DNA of 64,000 nucleotides from an uncultured Pseudomonadota bacterium (GTDB lineage Bacteria; Pseudomonadota; Gammaproteobacteria; Burkholderiales; SG8-39): NCBI GenBank assembly GCA_903834835.1, contig CAILKO010000008.1, positions 82,684 to 146,683 of the forward strand, read 5' to 3'. Shown piece by piece: positions 61,283 to 64,000 of this stretch (position 1 is its first letter; each line of letters starts with the position of its first letter). The notes under the pieces were generated by a model. It saw only the letters and a program-made list of their open reading frames with translations, ran no database searches and was not told where the DNA came from. The position numbers and the translations under genes were made by a program.

Positions 61283-61970
61283 GGTCGGCCGTAACGGCGG
61301 ATGCGGCCGCCAGGCGCGCTGCAATATCGCGCTCGGCGAGCAGGCGCCGGGTTTCGGGTGCCAGGTGATGCGGTGCCTCGGCCAGCAGCGCCTGCAGGTC
61401 GCGCGGCTCGTCGATGTCGTGTCCGCTGCCCGGCGCGGCGCACAGCGTGAAGTTCATGCACGCCTGTTCGGCAAGCAGGCGGTGGCGCGCGCAGCTGCCG
61501 GGGCCGAAGGCCACCCGAAAGCCGCTTTCCGGTTGCCAGGCGATCAGATTGCTGCCGTCGCGCCAGCGGTCCGGCGCGAGCGTCACCGAGGGCGCCTGAG
61601 CCGCAGCGTGGCGCGCGAGGAAATCGCCCAGTTCGTCGGTTGCGAGCAGGGGCAGGTCGCCCGCCACGCAGACGAGCGAGCCGACGGCCGCGAGGCGCAG
61701 CGCAGCGGCATTGATGACCTCGTTCATGCCGCTTGCGCCATCAAGCGTGGACTCATCGAGGAAATCGACCCGCCAGCGCGCTGCGAGCGCGGCCGCTTCG
61801 GGACCGGAGGACAGCAGCACGATGCGTGATACGGCCGTGTGCGCAGTGAGCGTCGCCAGCAGATCTTCCGCCATCGCGCGGGCGAGCGCGCCGCGCTCGG
61901 ATGTATCCAGCAGCCCGCCCAGCCGGTGCTTGGCGGCGACGGGGCGCTTCAGGGGGAGCAGCATCAGCAT
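61272..61970 (-). CDS. cofC: CofC/FbiD-family guanylyltransferase of F420 biosynthesis
   Basis: 232 aa. MLMLLPLKRPVAAKHRLGGLL...RGALARAMAEDLL and ..VAGDLPLL.. are typical of CofC. It sits between cofD and fbiC with overlapping stop and start codons. Confidence 0.8.
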   Translation of the reverse strand: MLMLLPLKRPVAAKHRLGGLLDTSERGALARAMAEDLLATLTAHTAVSRIVLLSSGPEAAALAARWRVDFLDESTLDGASGMNEVINAAALRLAAVGSLVCVAGDLPLLATDELGDFLARHAAAQAPSVTLAPDRWRDGSNLIAWQPESGFRVAFGPGSCARHRLLAEQACMNFTLCAAPGSGHDIDEPRDLQALLAEAPHHLAPETRRLLAERDIAARLAAASAVTADHAA

Positions 61971-62941
61971 CAGGGGTGTCCGGCGATCTCTTGCGCGAAG
62001 GCGAGGGCGACGGAGGCGAGCATACCGCGATCCCCCGCGTTCTTCATGACCGTGTTCGTGACCCGCACCCGCATGCCCAGCGCCTCGATGGCCGGCTGCT
62101 GCGCGCGGTCGATTTCATCCAGCATGAAACCCTGCACCAGACCCGGGTATCGCGCGTACCAGGCGGCGACCGCCTCGGCGCTCGAGGCAAGACCGAGTTC
62201 GCGCATCATCTTGGCCGCCGGCCCCTTCAGCGCCTGGCCGCCGACGATGGGCGTGACCGCGACGACCGGCACCGGGCAGGCCCGGAGCGCATCGAGCACA
62301 CCCGGAAGCTGCAGGATCGGGTCCACGCTGACGAAAGGGTTCGACGGGCAGATCAACACCGCTCCCAGCGCGGGATCGGCAAGGCGTGCGAGGAAATCCG
62401 CTTGCGGCCGCGCTGCCGCGATGCCCTCGAAGCGAAAGCCGGTCACTTCCGGCCGGCACTGCTCGCGCACGAAGTAATGCTGGAAGGGCAGTTCGCCCGA
62501 CGCAGTCTGCACCACGGTGCGCACCGGGTCGTTCGACATCGGCAGCACGCGGTGCGCGATGCCGAGCGCGCGGCACAGTTCCGCAGTGGCCTTGCTCAGG
62601 TTCGCGCCCTCGCGCAGACGCTGCGAGCGCTGCAGATGGGTCGCAAGGTCCTGATCGCCCAGCCGGAACCAGGCTTCGCCGCCCAGGCCGCCTAGCGTCT
62701 CGAGCACCGTCCAGGTTTCGTTCGCGAGGCCCCAGCCGCGCTCGGTATCGTTGCGCCCGGCGAGCGCATACATCACCGAATCGAGATCCGGGCAGATGGT
62801 GAGGCCCAGATGCACGAAGTCGTCCGCGGTGTTGCAGACGATCGTCAGCGCCTCGGGGGCGAGCCGGCTCGCGAGCCCGGTGGCGAGCTTCGCGCCGCCG
62901 ACGCCGCCGGACAGGGCAAGGATGTGACCGCCGTCGCGCAT
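61970..62941 (-). CDS. cofD: 2-phospho-L-lactate transferase (CofD/FbiA)
   Basis: 323 aa. ILALSGGVGGAKLATGL, NTADDFVHLGLTICPDLDSVMY and ICPSNPFVSVDPIL are CofD signatures. Confidence 0.88.
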   Translation of the reverse strand: MRDGGHILALSGGVGGAKLATGLASRLAPEALTIVCNTADDFVHLGLTICPDLDSVMYALAGRNDTERGWGLANETWTVLETLGGLGGEAWFRLGDQDLATHLQRSQRLREGANLSKATAELCRALGIAHRVLPMSNDPVRTVVQTASGELPFQHYFVREQCRPEVTGFRFEGIAAARPQADFLARLADPALGAVLICPSNPFVSVDPILQLPGVLDALRACPVPVVAVTPIVGGQALKGPAAKMMRELGLASSAEAVAAWYARYPGLVQGFMLDEIDRAQQPAIEALGMRVRVTNTVMKNAGDRGMLASVALAFAQEIAGHP

Positions 62942-62950
62942 GCGTCCCGC

Positions 62951-63730
62951 CTAGCGGAAAAGGTCCTGCTCGATCGGGCGGATGAGCGCGCGGCTGTCGG
63001 ATTCCGAAGCGCGATAGCGCGCGCCGCGGATCACGACGACGGGCGTCGCTTCATCCGCCTGGCCCATCAGATGGGAGGCGGCGGCGGCCAGTTCGTCCGC
63101 CACCGCGATCTCCGTGATCTCCAGCGGCCGGCCGAAGAGATCGGGGTCGCCGATCCGGCTCTGGAGCGCCAGCATGCCCGCGGTGCCGAGCGCGATGCCC
63201 GTCACGCCGAGGCGCCAGGGCCGGCCGGCGCTGTCGTTCACGATGACGGCGAGTTCCACACCGTAGCGCGCAGCGAGCCCCGCGCGCAGGCGGGCTGCGC
63301 TCGCATCCGAATCCTCGGGCAGCAGCAGCGCCCAGGCCTGACCGTCCGGACCCACGTTCGACTGGTCGATGCCCGCGTTTGCGTAGACGTAGCCGTTGCG
63401 GTGCCGCGCGATCAGCACGTTCTTGCGCTGGCGGATGATGTCGGTGGATTCGCGCAGCACGAGCTCGACGATGCGCGGGTCCTTGCCTGTCGCGGCGGCG
63501 AGCTCGCGGGCGCGTTCTCCGGGCACGACATCGGCAAGACGTACCGCCCGGCCTTCCGATTTCGACACGATCTTCTGCGCGACGACGATCACATCGCGCG
63601 CTTCCAGCGTATCGCCCTGGCGCTCGAGCGCGGCCGCGATCAGCGCGACGAGATCGTCGCCCGGCTGCACGAGCGGGAAATCCTCCAGCGCAAACAGGCG
63701 CAGCGGCGCCCGTTTCCCGCGATCACCCAT
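62951..63730 (-). CDS. cofE: F420-0:gamma-glutamyl ligase, single-domain CofE type
   Basis: Part of ORF 62951..63973(-). Start is at MGDRGKRAPLRLFALEDFPLVQPGDDL (ATG 63730). VVAQKIVSKSEGR and ANAGIDQSNV are CofE motifs. At about 259 aa it has no fused nitroreductase-like C-domain. Confidence 0.85.
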   Translation of the reverse strand: MGDRGKRAPLRLFALEDFPLVQPGDDLVALIAAALERQGDTLEARDVIVVAQKIVSKSEGRAVRLADVVPGERARELAAATGKDPRIVELVLRESTDIIRQRKNVLIARHRNGYVYANAGIDQSNVGPDGQAWALLLPEDSDASAARLRAGLAARYGVELAVIVNDSAGRPWRLGVTGIALGTAGMLALQSRIGDPDLFGRPLEITEIAVADELAAAASHLMGQADEATPVVVIRGARYRASESDSRALIRPIEQDLFR

Positions 63731-63740
63731 GCGCGATCGC

Positions 63741-64000
63741 CTAGGAATCCTGCGACGCGGCGAGTCCGGTGATGCGGATGCCTGCGTGGCAGCTGTACTG
63801 CTTGTTGATGAAAATGAGGACCGAGGTGAGCGCTTCGCTCGCCGCGGAATTGTCGAGCGAGCCGCCGTGCAGGCCGCGCATGCCTGCGACACGCGCGAGT
63901 TCGACGACTGCTTCGCGCGCGGCCTTGCTGTCGCCGTAGACCAGCACGTCGCAGTCCGGCTCGGCATCGGCATAGAGGTTGTCGGCCGCCACGTTGTGGA
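63741..64000 (-). CDS. npdG: NADPH-dependent F420 reductase (NpdG/Fno-like), C-terminal part; 5' end lies outside the window
   Basis: The reading frame is open to the window edge. ..CDVLVYGDSKAAREAVVELARVAGMRGLHGGSLDNSAASEALTSVLIFINK.. resembles the C-terminal half of NpdG. It sits at the head of the cof operon. Confidence 0.55.
   Translation of the reverse strand, partial: HNVAADNLYADAEPDCDVLVYGDSKAAREAVVELARVAGMRGLHGGSLDNSAASEALTSVLIFINKQYSCHAGIRITGLAASQDS

Overview
High-GC (about two-thirds G+C by eye) proteobacterial chromosomal segment. The gene order looks betaproteobacterial (argD-argF, DUF3579-rpsT-murJ, ribF-ileS-lspA-fkpB-ispH, birA-coaX, tctBA with tctDE-like regulators); this taxonomic placement is inference only. 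I support about 40 protein genes and one tRNA-Thr(CGU). I recognised no rRNA, CRISPR array, transposase or integrase. Housekeeping blocks alternate with four accessory blocks. (1) A two-partner secretion locus: TpsB at 1947-4016, then a 5,735-aa TpsA exoprotein at 4191-21398 that fills about 27% of the window. Behind its TPS domain it consists almost entirely of nested Gly/Thr-rich repeats. (2) A minus-strand type IV pilus minor-pilin operon (pilE-fimT-pilV-pilW-pilX-pilY1, 44871 down to 35446). Its PilY1 is 2,032 aa, about double the usual size, and carries inserted heptad repeats and a cysteine-ladder repeat. A TonB_C-like gene and a small secreted-protein gene follow it, two exact AlgR-type boxes precede it, and periplasmic thiol-redox genes flank it. 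(3) tRNA-Thr followed by two tandem paralogous adenylate-forming enzymes, with a candidate unannotated 31-codon gene carrying a 13-nt Shine-Dalgarno sequence just upstream of the tRNA. (4) A coenzyme F420 biosynthesis operon (npdG-cofE-cofD-cofC-fbiC) running off the right edge. Smaller oddities are a 14-nt GGTTAACC-containing tandem repeat that supplies the stop codons of two convergent genes, and an AT-rich 10-6-10 palindrome found twice, both times between convergent genes. Most other long ORFs in the six-frame track, including a 2,007-aa antisense ORF, are GC-driven shadow ORFs. All product calls rest on motifs I recognise in the translations; no database search was possible.
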